64,000 bases of DNA from Escherichia phage CMSTMSU. Below the pieces are notes generated by a model. It had not been told where the DNA came from and searched no databases. It saw only the letters and a program-made list of their open reading frames with translations. Position numbers and translations under genes: made by a program. The stretch lies in the sequence record MH494197.1. The stretch is one strand, 5' to 3'. The first letter of the stretch is position 1. Every line of letters begins with the position of its first letter. Shown here in pieces: positions 23,743-35,411 of this stretch.

Positions 23743-24180
23743 TTATAGGGAAGCTTCGTATTCAGCTACAATGTCAACCATCTCATTGACAAAGTTGATG
23801 TGGTCATGAGTTACAGTACGGAAATCATAAACCAGTGATTGTTGGAAGAATACGTCTTCAGCCAGATTACCTTCAAAGTTCAGGTCGATGTTTTCTTCAT
23901 CGTTGGTTGGAGCAACTTTGATATTTAGTTGATTTTCATCAACGACCAATTTCACTACACAACCCAATGCAATCGCCAGTACATAGGCAGGTTTCTTAGC
24001 TGCTTCAGAACGGAATGGAGCACGTAGTGCAAATGGTGCTGCTAATCTCATCATTCAGTTCTTTATATTTAACGTTAATCATCAGTTCTTCAATTTTGAC
24101 GCTCTCGATTACACGACCAGTTTCAGCAGCGAAGAAAGAGTGGTTACGGATAGTTTGTTCGATATTCATGTGTTATTCCT
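23743..24180 (-). CDS. hypothetical protein, acidic-FQ motif family member (AEDVFFQQSLV); N-terminal frameshift
   Basis: ORF 23743-24054 plus upstream ATG-initiated segment in another frame. Confidence 0.4.
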
Positions 24181-24362
24181 TATATAGATTGCTAAAGTTA
24201 CGAAGATTACGGTTTGCTTTAAACTGTTTTAAATCACCAAATCTATCATCAACGATAAAAGTGGCAGCCTGTTTTGATTGGCATATTGTACAAATCAACA
24301 TACCCTGTATTGTATACTCGGTTGAACAATTTGTACAGTACTTTTTTCATAAAGTTCAGTAC

Positions 24363-24698
24363 TCATAAAACCTTCACATCAGTACGTTTATCTCTTTCTT
24401 CTTTCTTTACCTCATCGGAGCGGGTATCTTCTAATTGTAACACAACTTCTTTCAGAATGTCAACATCAATCATTGCTTCTTTGTATTGAAAGTCGTTTAC
24501 GCCGAAAATATACTTCAATGCAACCCATACACGTTTGTACCATTTTAAGAAAGGATTCAAACGCATACTCACCAGACATTGACCAAGTTTATCATCTCCA
24601 TGTTCTTGTGTCAAGTCAAATTGTGAAATGTGAACACAATGTTCCGTATTATCGCCACAACTACAACGTACTATAAATTCTTTGCTGTCTTTGCTCAT
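24363..24698 (-). CDS. hypothetical protein (111 aa)
   Basis: ORF from track. Confidence 0.4.
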   Translation of the reverse strand: MSKDSKEFIVRCSCGDNTEHCVHISQFDLTQEHGDDKLGQCLVSMRLNPFLKWYKRVWVALKYIFGVNDFQYKEAMIDVDILKEVVLQLEDTRSDEVKKEERDKRTDVKVL

Positions 24699-24833
24699 AC
24701 TGGATAAGCCTTCATAAATTGTTTTAGAACTCCAAACTTAGAAGCACTGTAATCATACTGATAACTTAGCTCACGTTTATCATTCATTCGATAAACCATA
24801 TGATTGTTTGGATAACCTATTCTAACAGGTTTG

Positions 24834-25127
24834 TTAGGATTTGCAAAAAATTGCCCATTCTTTTACAGGAAAAACGTTTTCAGATAACATCTTCACATCT
24901 TTACTGTAATACTTCATTGCTTGGGTACAGTGCTTGTAATCTTCTGCACTCAGTTCTTCACACACAACACTGTGCGTTTCAGTACTGGATACCCATGACT
25001 CTTCTTCATAATATAAGTCAATTACATCTTCTACTGTATAGCTATCAGGTAAATCATAATATACCCAATTACTAAAACCAGAGCTTACACCAACTCGAAT
25101 TCGATAGTACTTCATATTTTTTATCAT
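24834..25127 (-). CDS. hypothetical protein (97 aa)
   Basis: ORF from track. Confidence 0.45.
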   Translation of the reverse strand: MIKNMKYYRIRVGVSSGFSNWVYYDLPDSYTVEDVIDLYYEEESWVSSTETHSVVCEELSAEDYKHCTQAMKYYSKDVKMLSENVFPVKEWAIFCKS

Positions 25128-25348
25128 CCGATTTTACATAATAGTAACATACAATGCAGTGAATTACAAGAAGAATAATTTCTACTACATTCAGTGCCAC
25201 AACATGCCCTTGTGGGACCGTAAGTGACAATAACAACATTATAGTAGGTATTACGAATATTGTCCATGTTTTTTCATTTTATTTCCTTAATGTAGGCAAA
25301 TGGTAAAAATACAACCTCTACACGGAAATGCAGTTGCGAGTGCATCAA

Positions 25349-25765
25349 CTATAGATTTGTTTTATTACATTGCCATACTTTTGTAACTTTGTGTTGGAAT
25401 ACCTTGCCATCTTTTACTAACCAATACATTTGCATTTTAACAGTACAGTTATCAGATGGTATTAGTAAATCTTCCATATCATATGAATTAAAGATTCTCT
25501 CGTTCATATAATCTCCTAGTGAAAAAGCCAGATTCTTTCTTATATATTCGGCGACACAATCAGTAGTTTGTGTATTTGTGAATGCAACAACTTCATTCGA
25601 TACACCATTCCCATTACACAATGGACAAATCCCCATATACTTAGGTGTTGGAACTGTATCTAGTTTATATTTCCCTGAAGATATCATGTATTGTTGTGGT
25701 AATACATCCAAAGAAATAATATAATCTTCATCGAATTGCTTACAACATACCCAACATTTACTCAT
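25349..25765 (-). CDS. hypothetical Cys-rich protein (possible zinc ribbon)
   Basis: 138 aa with CWVCC and CPLC pairs. Confidence 0.45.
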   Translation of the reverse strand: MSKCWVCCKQFDEDYIISLDVLPQQYMISSGKYKLDTVPTPKYMGICPLCNGNGVSNEVVAFTNTQTTDCVAEYIRKNLAFSLGDYMNERIFNSYDMEDLLIPSDNCTVKMQMYWLVKDGKVFQHKVTKVWQCNKTNL

Positions 25766-26050
25766 TGTGGTTCTCCTTCAAAACAATTCTTATATCTTCG
25801 AATGTTTTAACAAACCAGTCATGTTCATCAGATACATCAACCACCTTCCCACCATAAACATAGTAATGATAGAAGGGTAACTTACTTTTCCTCAATCGTT
25901 CAGCAAGTTCTGGGTTTTGAAATATCTTAGCACATATTGCATCCGGATACGAGAAATGCATTCGGGTGTCATTTCAATACGGTCGTGCATATACTTGTTC
26001 GCCGCTGCTTTGCAGCAGCACCGACACTTTTCTAAGATCATCATGTTTCT
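25758..26050 (-). CDS. hypothetical protein (frame-interrupted N-terminus)
   Basis: ORF 25758-25961 with upstream continuation in another frame. Confidence 0.35.
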
Positions 26051-26237
26051 GGCCTGTTAAAACCAAAAATAAAAAGTTTCTACCGATGGGAACCAACCGT
26101 AGGGTTCTAAGGTAAAACTATGTGACGAAAAGTTAGATAGATCCCTACCTAACTTAGTTTTAGCTTTACTATAGATATTAATGTGTCTGTATCCGTCATC
26201 AGTAGGGTCAATATAGTTAAATGACTCTTCAGGAAAT

Positions 26238-26597
26238 TCAAACATAATTACTCTTCTTCACCAGATGGTGTACCACGTAGTTTATCAAAATCAACCCAAA
26301 TGCCATGCTGGTTTTGAAGCGACATTTCTCATAGTACCAGCTATAGTCTGTTTCAACACCGGAAATTGAACGAACACTACAGTCATACATATTGTATAAA
26401 TGTGTACGTACAATGAATGTTCCGATAAGAAGAACAAACACAACAATACCAGTACAGATCTTTGGATGATCCATAATTAGGTCCAACACAGAACTGGTTT
26501 CAGTACTATCCATTTTACTACGACCGATGGCAACAAATTTCAGTACTGCTAATGATACCAGTAATGAAATAACAAGAACACTCAAATAAATTAGCAT
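26238..26597 (-). CDS. membrane protein (two TM helices)
   Basis: 119 aa; hydrophobic N-terminus and second TM segment. Confidence 0.45.
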   Translation of the reverse strand: MLIYLSVLVISLLVSLAVLKFVAIGRSKMDSTETSSVLDLIMDHPKICTGIVVFVLLIGTFIVRTHLYNMYDCSVRSISGVETDYSWYYEKCRFKTSMAFGLILINYVVHHLVKKSNYV

Positions 26598-27163
26598 ATT
26601 TAGACTCCTACACCAAAACGTAAAAGGATGTTATTAACAAACACAAAATCAAATGGAGACTTTGGTTCAGATACCGAGTACTGAAAAGTTTCAGTGGCAA
26701 AATTTTCCCTATTATGCCATGTTGATGAATCGATTAGTAATTGTTTATCACCAATTGACGTTGAATGTAATGGGACGTGTGCTGATGAATTTATGGAATA
26801 CGCATTTAGTTTTCCTTGTTCATCAAATGTAACACAAAGGTAATATCTCTTCTCAACATCAGGGAACGCTCTTTAATATACGAATATATTGATTCATTCA
26901 AATCATCATCATCCCTTGTCTTAGAACCGAGAACTTGAGCAAAAGACAAATGACGTTTAGGTTGGATCGTTCCGGTCTTTTAGAATGAATTCTTTGGTTA
27001 AGTAAAAGTTATTGTGTTTTACCTCAATATTAACAGTTTTGAAGTTTGTGATTTTATCATATACGTTCCTAAAACTGTTATATCCCATGTACTAATTTCC
27101 TGCATCGTTGCAGTAACTAGTTCTTCTAGTTCTTGGATAAATGGCAAATCGTCTTGATTAAAT

Positions 27164-27718
27164 CTAATCACAGTTTTCATATACCTTTTTCAAATTCATG
27201 ATTTCAAGAAGACTATATTCTTTTTCACTAATCAAATCTTCAGTGAGTGCTTCTGGTTCGGTGTTACAATACAACTTCCCATTAATGATAACATAACCAT
27301 TGCTAAGATACAACGCACTCATTATCTGTTGGCCTTCTTTAGCATTGACTGCTATACCAGCATTTGTTACAACAAGCCCATTGTTTGCAAATGCTGATGT
27401 TAGTTCTGACCATTCAACTGATATTAAATCACGATAGTCTTTTGATACTTTTATATTAACAATACAAGCAACTCTTGTAATAGATGGAGTACTAATCGTA
27501 TACATCTGTGGGTGTTGGTAGTTTGAGTTATATGTTTGTGGTGTATTAACAGCAGTTCCTGAATTCGGAGTTGTTGGCATAATTACTTGATCCATATTTG
27601 GAACAGCCGTTCTTAGTGATGCAATACGCCCAGTTTCATCCAATTTCAAAACTAAACGATGAGTTTTATCCTCAGAGTGATACGGGAATAGACCACCGGA
27701 ATTCATATTTTGAAGCAT
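27164..27718 (-). CDS. hypothetical protein (184 aa)
   Basis: ORF from track. Confidence 0.45.
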   Translation of the reverse strand: MLQNMNSGGLFPYHSEDKTHRLVLKLDETGRIASLRTAVPNMDQVIMPTTPNSGTAVNTPQTYNSNYQHPQMYTISTPSITRVACIVNIKVSKDYRDLISVEWSELTSAFANNGLVVTNAGIAVNAKEGQQIMSALYLSNGYVIINGKLYCNTEPEALTEDLISEKEYSLLEIMNLKKVYENCD

Positions 27719-27797
27719 TTTAATTAATTCATAAGTATTTTTAAAAACATAATAAATCCTATAGAAAATGGGAGTACAATGTACTCCCAGATTTAGA

Positions 27798-28139
27798 TTA
27801 TAGTTTAATTACTTCTTGGATACCAGTATCCATTGCTTTCTTAGTGCGTGTATCAGAAACTACTGTACATAAATGTTCAATATTTTCACTTGGGAATGTG
27901 TTAGTATCAAGAATTTTGGAGTTCCAGAAACCTTTACGGAACTTAGCATAATCAGTACACTGGTCAATTTTCATTTTCTGAAGATTGTTGAACTGTGTAC
28001 GTCCCGACTCGATAGTTACCATAAGTTCTTGATAAATCTTAGGATCGAGATTAGGAACCTGTTGTTGAATCTGTGACATCACAAACTTCTGGTCAACACC
28101 TTCACGACCTTTAAAGTATGTTTCGATGGTTTCTTTCAA
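27798..28139 (-). CDS. hypothetical protein (113 aa)
   Basis: ORF from track. Confidence 0.45.
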   Translation of the reverse strand: MKETIETYFKGREGVDQKFVMSQIQQQVPNLDPKIYQELMVTIESGRTQFNNLQKMKIDQCTDYAKFRKGFWNSKILDTNTFPSENIEHLCTVVSDTRTKKAMDTGIQEVIKL

Positions 28140-28347
28140 TGCATCCTTATACTTATCAGAAACTTGTACTTTTTCTTGAATGACAAGAGTGTATTTACTT
28201 AGTTGACTTTCTGATGCATCATAGTACTTTTAATATTACCTTCAAATTCAACAGCACGGTCATGTGCATCTACATACATACTAACTGAACCAATTGCCAT
28301 AAGACCGAATACAACAACAACACCAATCAATGCAATAATTTTACCAT

Positions 28348-28656
28348 TCATAACTTGTTATCCCTCATATAAAGGCCAATGAAAATAGATACAATCAGTA
28401 ATAAAATAGAAGCACCGATGAGAACATCTTTACGTGGTTCCATTTTTACAGACAAGTACTCGAACTCTTTATTAGAGAGTCTTTCAAACTTTGTGTCAAT
28501 ATTATGCACTTCTTTTCTCAACAAGTCAAGAGTTAATTTTTCATTTAATGCATCCATTCGCATCTTAGCATGTAGTTCTTCGTTCTTCATGCCTTGTGCA
28601 AAGGAAGTGCTATCAAATTTAACAATCTTCCCATCATTATCAATTCCAAAGAACAT
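28348..28656 (-). CDS. hypothetical protein with C-terminal TM segment
   Basis: 102 aa; C-terminus ILLLIVSIFIGLYM hydrophobic. Confidence 0.4.
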   Translation of the reverse strand: MFFGIDNDGKIVKFDSTSFAQGMKNEELHAKMRMDALNEKLTLDLLRKEVHNIDTKFERLSNKEFEYLSVKMEPRKDVLIGASILLLIVSIFIGLYMRDNKL

Positions 28657-28712
28657 AATAACATCATTCTTCTTACCACCACGCCACGAAGCGAGTGTTG
28701 CCTCAACAAAAT

Positions 28713-28934
28713 CTACGTTTTATAATCATAAACCAAAACTTGGATGTTGACTTGTTTACGTGCACCCATAGTTTTTAGTTCTTCACGCAGATACTCATCA
28801 TAACCATCTACATTATAATTAGTAGTGTTGATTACATGGTGTGTTTTATAATAGTCTACCACACTTGGGTATTCTGGTAAAGTACTAAGATATTTCTCAT
28901 CATACATTTCATGTAATTCATCAGGACTGAACAA
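28713..28934 (-). CDS. hypothetical protein (73 aa)
   Basis: ORF from track. Confidence 0.4.
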   Translation of the reverse strand: MFSPDELHEMYDEKYLSTLPEYPSVVDYYKTHHVINTTNYNVDGYDEYLREELKTMGARKQVNIQVLVYDYKT

Positions 28935-29075
28935 TGAGTTTTATCAGCGAACAGATAGTTAATATAAGAACTTTCTGCGGCAGCATAATCCCCAATGTTA
29001 ACCTGTTGCCAGCGTGGAGGGTCATTGTACCCTGACGGTTTACTCGCTCAATCTCAAACTTCCCTACAGTACTTT

Positions 29076-29438
29076 TTACATACCAGTCAACTTCGTATGA
29101 ATAATCAAATACCTTATAGGACTCACATTCACGATGGGATTTCCCTTACTATCATAACGAGTTCTGCATTTCTCGTGCCACGTGTAATGCTTACATGAGC
29201 TTGATTGTGTACAAAACTCCTTGTGATTATATTTGGATGTTACCTGCCCATTTAGAATCTCTACATCGTACAATTGACTGTAGTTGATTGCATATGAGAT
29301 ACCAAGCACAAGAGCAGCACCAACTATACAACAACCAATATGAATCAACAGTTCTTTAGTACTGATATGCTTATCATACATGTATTTCATAACAAATACA
29401 ACGATAAGTGAAGGAATCAACAGAATAATAAAATTCAT
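29076..29438 (-). CDS. membrane protein (two TM helices)
   Basis: 120 aa; N-terminus MNFIILLIPSLIVVFVM hydrophobic. Confidence 0.45.
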   Translation of the reverse strand: MNFIILLIPSLIVVFVMKYMYDKHISTKELLIHIGCCIVGAALVLGISYAINYSQLYDVEILNGQVTSKYNHKEFCTQSSSCKHYTWHEKCRTRYDSKGNPIVNVSPIRYLIIHTKLTGM

Positions 29439-30130
29439 GTATTAGTCCAGTTTAAGTTTATTGAGACAATAGGAGATTTGGATAGCTTCACGTGCTGCAT
29501 CATACAGGGGTGATGTAATTCCAAACCATTAATACCACATTTTTCTACATACTTCACGAATTTAGCTAACTGCACTGACACAATCTCATCCATTTCGGTG
29601 CGAGCTTCTTCATTCAATAAACGCTTCAGGGTTCGTGCGTTTTCAGGAGCATCATATTTCCACAAATCACCAACATTCAATAGTTTTAAGTGATTAGCTT
29701 GTAAAATACTACAGTCGAAGTTACATCCATTTCCCCAAATTGAATGTTCAACCTCTTTACCATAACAATCAAAACGGATATCTTTCCAGAAATCGACAAT
29801 ACCATTAGAAGTAAAGATTTGTTTGGATTTACCATTAGGACCGTACAATTCTGGTGCAACTAGTGCCATAGTACTGGCAACTTCAGCATATGCATTAGGA
29901 TATTCCTTCTGACATGTATTCATCCAGAAATCCATTGCACCTGCATCTGATTTCAGCCCAGCGTTGACTTGTGCTTGGTATGGTAACTTAACATATACAA
30001 ATTGTCTGATATCATGTTCAGGTTTACTTGGAACAACTACTGCTGCATAATTTGGAATAATAATATCATAACCAGAGTTTTCAGGAGTACCGAGAGCTTC
30101 AATATCAACACTAACATGACGGCGTTTCAT
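29435..30130 (-). CDS. 3-prime to 5-prime exonuclease, DEDD/DnaQ-like (DexA-like)
   Basis: Exo I-like VDIEALG (D-x-E) and Exo II-like GNGCNFD motifs; C-terminus may be frameshifted. Confidence 0.45.
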   Translation of the reverse strand: MKRRHVSVDIEALGTPENSGYDIIIPNYAAVVVPSKPEHDIRQFVYVKLPYQAQVNAGLKSDAGAMDFWMNTCQKEYPNAYAEVASTMALVAPELYGPNGKSKQIFTSNGIVDFWKDIRFDCYGKEVEHSIWGNGCNFDCSILQANHLKLLNVGDLWKYDAPENARTLKRLLNEEARTEMDEIVSVQLAKFVKYVEKCGINGLELHHPCMMQHVKLSKSPIVSINLNWTNT

Positions 30131-30207
30131 ATTTCGTTCCTTATCTGTATATTAAAAGAGTGCGTTTCAATAAGAACATTATATTGAAAACGCACTCTTG
30201 TCAACTA

Positions 30208-31418
30208 TTACTTGTTAGCTTTTTCAGCAATTTCACGAAGAGTATCTTCAAGTTCATGAGAGAGTTTTGCGATTTCAATCTTAGCTCGCTCACGCTCTTC
30301 TTTACCTTTCTTCTCTTCAATCAGTACTGCTTCGATGCTATCGATCATTGTTTTGTGTACATTACGCAATGTTTTAATATCCACGATACCACGATTATTT
30401 GCTTTAGCAGCATCCAACATGTTAGTTGCTACCATTTTAGAGTTTACTTCGAGTAAACGGTTAGTTTCATTGTCAATCAGATTACCCAACTCATTGTCTT
30501 TACGTTGACGTTCGGAAATCAACTGTTCAGCCAATTGTGATTTCCATGCTGGAATAACAACTGATTTCAAATCCTCAAACTTAGAAACAGTGTTGAGGTT
30601 TACTTTCTTCATACTCATCAGGCGAGGACCGCTCAGTTCACACATCATGATAAGACGACGAATCTTATCTTCCTGCTTAGATAGAGCTTCACAAATCATC
30701 TTTTGCTCGGATTGCAAAAGAATCAACGTCAGGGTTCGCTTGCATTGCTACCAATTCAGCATCTTGTGCTTTGGTAACTTCTTCCAACTCAACTAACGTA
30801 TCACGTAGTTCAAAGAGATAGTTTTGTTTTCGTTGTAAGCAGTGTCTAGCCATGCACATTCCCATGCTGGCGGTTAATACCAACCTGAAGAGTGTTCATG
30901 ATTTCATCAATTTGTTCTTTACTGTTTTTGTACTGATCGCCAACTTTCTGTTTAGCATTAACAAAAGTTTTTGACCCAGCCTACGATTGATTTATCATCC
31001 TGTAGACTATCAATATCAACTGCACGAGTCAATGTCAAGATAGTAGTAATAGACTTACCGAATTCGGTATTATCATCAGTTACGTTAACTTTTGACATGA
31101 TTTCATCAGCCAAACGTCCAACACCTGCCCCAGCAGTGGTTCCGATGGTATTAATATTCTGCACAGTTAAAGCCATACTGTTGCCTTTAGTATCTTTCAG
31201 TACTGGAAGTGACTTGGACTGTTGTTCGAAGATATCAGTTGCGTCAATTGTGTGTGCTGCTGTTTTGGTAGTACGTTTGGCAGTTTTGGTTGCTTTGGCT
31301 TGTTTAACTGTTGCTTTTTCGGATTGATTTCTTTCTCGGACATTGTGTATTCCTCAGTTAATTTAAGATAGTGTTGCTCAGTGATAAACATTCTACAGGC
31401 AACACTCAGTACTGTCAA
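30208..31418 (-). CDS. coiled-coil protein, TelA-like (toxic anion resistance family); several frameshifts
   Basis: Four collinear fragments at 31197-31418, 30958-31176, 30689-30883 and 30208-30726; heptad-rich; family assignment from recalled architecture only. Confidence 0.3.
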
Positions 31419-31425
31419 CTACTTT

Positions 31426-32016
31426 TTACTCTTTATTTCCATACGCTAGGTTGCGAATGATATTGGCAGTATCTTCATCGACTGCTTTACCAGTTTGTGC
31501 TTGTAAACGACCTATAATCAATGGGATAGTGATAGTTTGAATATCAATCATTCGGCTCATATCAATCTGATACTGCTTACTAACACCAACAATACTAGTT
31601 TCAGTCATTGCTGTTGAAATACCCATTTTCATAATACGTTCAAGCGTTAGTTCATATTCAAATGGATCTTCCAAACGACGAATTGCATATTCACACCCAA
31701 TCTTACCATACTCAAGTTCATTTTTGATTTCACGAACTTCATCACGAATTTCAGTGAATAAAGACGTAATACCACTAAACTTGTTAGTATCGTACTTCAC
31801 GGCCTCATTCAATGCTTTCATTACTTTTGGCAAATCAGATGGTTGAACTTTGATATCTGCTTTCCCAAACAACTTCTGTGCAAAGGTAGGTTTCAACGGG
31901 AATAACTTTTCCAGTGCTGTTGTAAGGTTACCCATTAATAAACGGATATAATCACTGTGTTGTTGTAGTGCTGCGTTCAAATCCAATTGTCGCTCAGAGA
32001 TCTTCTGAATCTTCAT
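31426..32016 (-). CDS. hypothetical protein (196 aa)
   Basis: ORF from track. Confidence 0.5.
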   Translation of the reverse strand: MKIQKISERQLDLNAALQQHSDYIRLLMGNLTTALEKLFPLKPTFAQKLFGKADIKVQPSDLPKVMKALNEAVKYDTNKFSGITSLFTEIRDEVREIKNELEYGKIGCEYAIRRLEDPFEYELTLERIMKMGISTAMTETSIVGVSKQYQIDMSRMIDIQTITIPLIIGRLQAQTGKAVDEDTANIIRNLAYGNKE

Positions 32017-32066
32017 ACCAACTTCTTGTGCACATACTGGGAGGTTAACATACCAATCCAGTACTT

Positions 32067-32432
32067 TTACCGAATCTTTTTAATTGTATCTGGGAATTCC
32101 ATCCAACGTTCAATGTCAGCAACCATATCACATTCAGGATCGATAGGTTTCTTCTTAAGAACAATAGGAGCCGGAACTTCTGGTGAAGTAGCTACTGCTG
32201 CCATGTTTGGACGAAGTTTGCCTTCCTTCCAGTCTCGGTACTCCTTCTCTAACGGAGGAATTGGGAGATCTGGAACGATTCTCACATTTGAGAAATGAAT
32301 TTTATCTTTCATCAAATCCATTACCTTCAAACGGCGATTATCAAAATAGATCTCGTCGAGTGAAAGTGAACGGGTGTCGAAATGTGGATTTCCCAATGAA
32401 TCGTATGTTCTGTCCACAACAATGGTATACAT
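32067..32432 (-). CDS. hypothetical protein (121 aa, may extend upstream)
   Basis: ORF from track. Confidence 0.4.
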   Translation of the reverse strand: MYTIVVDRTYDSLGNPHFDTRSLSLDEIYFDNRRLKVMDLMKDKIHFSNVRIVPDLPIPPLEKEYRDWKEGKLRPNMAAVATSPEVPAPIVLKKKPIDPECDMVADIERWMEFPDTIKKIR

Positions 32433-32569
32433 ATATTTTCGATTCGATGAACGATCATACTGTTTTAACAGTGAGTTAAGAACGTAGTTGAAGTTAAATT
32501 CTTTGATTTCAACTTCTTTGCCGTTGTCAATGAAAAATATTTTCCTTTCATTACTAACCTCTTAATTAA

Positions 32570-33185
32570 TTAAAATTGATACGATACGTACATTCTACAT
32601 ACACACGATGTATTTGTCAAACCATTTTTAAAGAAAAAAGGACGCACCTTAGTGCATCCTTTTGTTACTCTTGTCCTTGTACCACACAAATGTTTTACTG
32701 GTGGGTACTTTTCATTCTTTGGTGGTTCCGGCATATCATACACAGTTGCATTTCTGAATTTTAAAATGTATGAATCCATTAAACGAATTATACAATAGTT
32801 CATGCACTTTTGTGCACGTTCTTTCAAAATGTTTATATGGTTCTGGACACCCAAGATAATCCAATTTGTACATACCCATAGCAGCTTGCATAAAGCGTTG
32901 AGCAGAGAACTTACGCTTGTCTACCTTACTAGCTCGATGCTGGTCACATGTCCAACTAGAGATACGGAGATGACAGAATAAATCAAAACTCACCATACTA
33001 TCAAAGTACTTGTTATGACCGTTCAACTCTCCATAAAATACCGCTTCGGAAACAGTTTCATATAGTGAGTAATTTGTATGTATATGTTCATTGTCAAATA
33101 TAGCTTTTAGATCTTTGTAAGTTTCTGGTACTGGTGGCTCTGGTAAAACTTCACCGAACGTCTCTAAGCACCAAATCTTCCACAA
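32570..33185 (-). CDS. hypothetical protein (frame-interrupted)
   Basis: Fragments 32736-33185 and 32570-32854 overlap in different frames. Confidence 0.35.
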
Positions 33186-33453
33186 GCCTTTCGTAAATTT
33201 TACTTCAAGTTCTTTATCGCTGTCAATATAAAAGTTTTCTCATTGATAAAACTTTTCGTGCCATGTATGCTTTGAATACCGCATCAGGGTCGATATCTTC
33301 ACGCTTGATATCGTCCATCCTTTACCGATTCGAGAAATTTCGAATCGTCTCATATACATCCTACATGCCAAATCTTTGTTGTACTACGATGATACTTGTC
33401 GTCTTGGTGAAGTTTGGTAGTCTCATGGAGAGATTTAAGCATGTTTAAAATTC

Positions 33454-34131
33454 TCATCGTAACACCAAATACTTCCCATCTTTGCCTACTACATACTGAT
33501 TACCGCTTCGTAGGACGCTATAACTTTCACCTAGTACCGAACTTAAACGAGATGTATCTACCTGCGTATCGTTCGATAGAAGCTGTTTTACGTATGCTTC
33601 TGACACAAAGCCACTACCAGTACTGTAATGTAATTTACCATATGCAGTGTTTAGTGCAAGCATGTGACCTTCTTTAACAACTGATACTCCAGCAAAGTCT
33701 AAAAATTCACTGATGGATTTAGGAATACCCAAATCGATACGTTGTTGAATTTCATCAAAATCAACATCAATCGGATCATTCACACCATAAAGCTGAATCT
33801 TCCAGCGATTTGGGCAAATGTTTTCAATAGTTTTGATAAGACGAAGTAGGTTTTCTGGAAATTCCGCATCACGTTCCATTTCTACGAATACCTGATAACG
33901 ACCATCCAGATTAGGTGTTTCAGCAGCTTCCGTATCAACTGCATCAATTGGTGACTTCTCAATAAAAGATGACAGGTCATATGCAGCATCAAAGTTGTTT
34001 AGTACTTGAAACATAACAACGATATTACTATCTTCAATCTTAGGAGTATATTCATCTACACTAATAATAGGATGAATCAAATCCTTTAGTACTTGTGGAC
34101 GTAAACCTTGTTCATTTAGTTTCTTTTTCAT
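33454..34131 (-). CDS. hypothetical protein (225 aa)
   Basis: Long intact ORF. Confidence 0.5.
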   Translation of the reverse strand: MKKKLNEQGLRPQVLKDLIHPIISVDEYTPKIEDSNIVVMFQVLNNFDAAYDLSSFIEKSPIDAVDTEAAETPNLDGRYQVFVEMERDAEFPENLLRLIKTIENICPNRWKIQLYGVNDPIDVDFDEIQQRIDLGIPKSISEFLDFAGVSVVKEGHMLALNTAYGKLHYSTGSGFVSEAYVKQLLSNDTQVDTSRLSSVLGESYSVLRSGNQYVVGKDGKYLVLR

Positions 34132-34316
34132 TGCATACCACCTTGTTGTACATCATCAGATACTTCTACATCTAAATCAACATCTTCACCAGTAATTGGT
34201 TCATCTGATGGTTCTTGTGCATTCATAGGATTACTATTGAACTCTGAAGCCATTAGTTTGTATTCATCAAAACTTTCAGGGTTAATTAAGTTTCTAGGAA
34301 TTTGTACACGAACCAA
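34128..34316 (-). CDS. hypothetical acidic protein (62 aa)
   Basis: ORF from track; 4 nt overlap with downstream gene. Confidence 0.4.
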   Translation of the reverse strand: MVRVQIPRNLINPESFDEYKLMASEFNSNPMNAQEPSDEPITGEDVDLDVEVSDDVQQGGMQ

Positions 34317-34431
34317 TAGAACTGGAATTCGTTCATTTTTGGAATACGAACAGAACCAGATTGCGTTGCCACACTCTTCATATCAGCCTGACGGTTAGGA
34401 TCTTGAATAGGTGTAATTTCATAATCTGCTT

Positions 34432-34692
34432 TCACATATACCTTAGTTCCGTGCTTCTCAAGAATTGAGAATGCAGTAGGATCAGGAAATTCTCACGATA
34501 GTATTTGAATGTCACAGTACACCAGTACTTACTAACAATCGGACCTTCAACAAGTTCACCTTCGATAATACCATGATATGCGTACAAATCATTATCATCA
34601 AAATATTTTTCAACAGCCAGAAGTATATCAAGCATACCGCTGTTATCATACAACTGCTGGACTGCATTATCTGTATAATCTAAATCATCCAT
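34432..34692 (-). CDS. hypothetical protein (86 aa)
   Basis: ORF from track. Confidence 0.4.
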   Translation of the reverse strand: MDDLDYTDNAVQQLYDNSGMLDILLAVEKYFDDNDLYAYHGIIEGELVEGPIVSKYWCTVTFKYYRENFLILLHSQFLRSTELRYM

Positions 34693-34786
34693 GTTTTATA
34701 TTATCCTTAAAAACTAGCACATATAATACTATTTACTACTTTTAAAAACAATAAAGGGATTAAATAATCCCCATTGTTTTACTATA

Positions 34787-35411
34787 TTATTGGTAATATT
34801 TCGACAGTACTGAATAGATTTTCAAACGTAGTTCATCCCAGTTGTTAACATAGTCATACCCATAACCATTTTTATACATATGATTGTGGGACGCTCGCAT
34901 CATAACTGATGGGATACCCAATTCCATTGATGTTTCAATATTATTGATATAATCATCAATCATCAGTTTTACGTCATATCGTTCTTTTAATTCTACTAGT
35001 GCTTCATGCTTAGATTCATTCATTTCAACAATGATGATTTCATCAAAACATGTCTCACCAAATACATGCATAAGATTAGTATTGCGAAGTACCTCGCTAT
35101 AACCTTTCTTACCACACTTAGTCAGTACTATGAATTTTTCCTTGTAAAACGATCACGCAGTTCATGCATAATACTTACAGTGTTAGTTTCTACAGGTTTT
35201 AGTAATCCAAACATATACGAACGTTGATTGAATTCAGTAATGATCTCTTGAACTTTTTTCGTGAAACACCAAACCATTCGGATAAATCGTATGCGAGTGG
35301 GTATGGTGTTGTTGGGTTGATATCATATTGGAGTTTTGCGTATTCTCCTAATGAACCAATGTGATCTAGTAGTACTTCATCACAGTCGAATACAATACAA
35401 CGGTCTTTCAT
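34787..35411 (-). CDS. HAD-superfamily phosphatase, 5-prime(3-prime)-deoxyribonucleotidase-like; frameshifted
   Basis: N-terminal IVFDCDEVLLD (HAD motif I DxDxV) and C-terminal VKLMIDDY (motif IV) in two ORF fragments. Confidence 0.4.

Noticed and set aside
24015-24368. Plus-strand ORFs in the track (for example 24015-24368, 41912-42373, 44417-44761, 60266-60622, 35587-36079) overlapping minus-strand genes
   Set aside because: They lie antisense to well-supported minus-strand genes (topoisomerase, gp44 and others), lack ribosome-binding sites and have low-complexity composition; most likely chance ORFs in AT-rich DNA.
33454-34131. Possible sliding clamp gp45 (similar length, near gp44)
   Set aside because: No convincing sequence similarity to the gp45 sequence I can recall, and its position is downstream rather than upstream of gp44; left as hypothetical.
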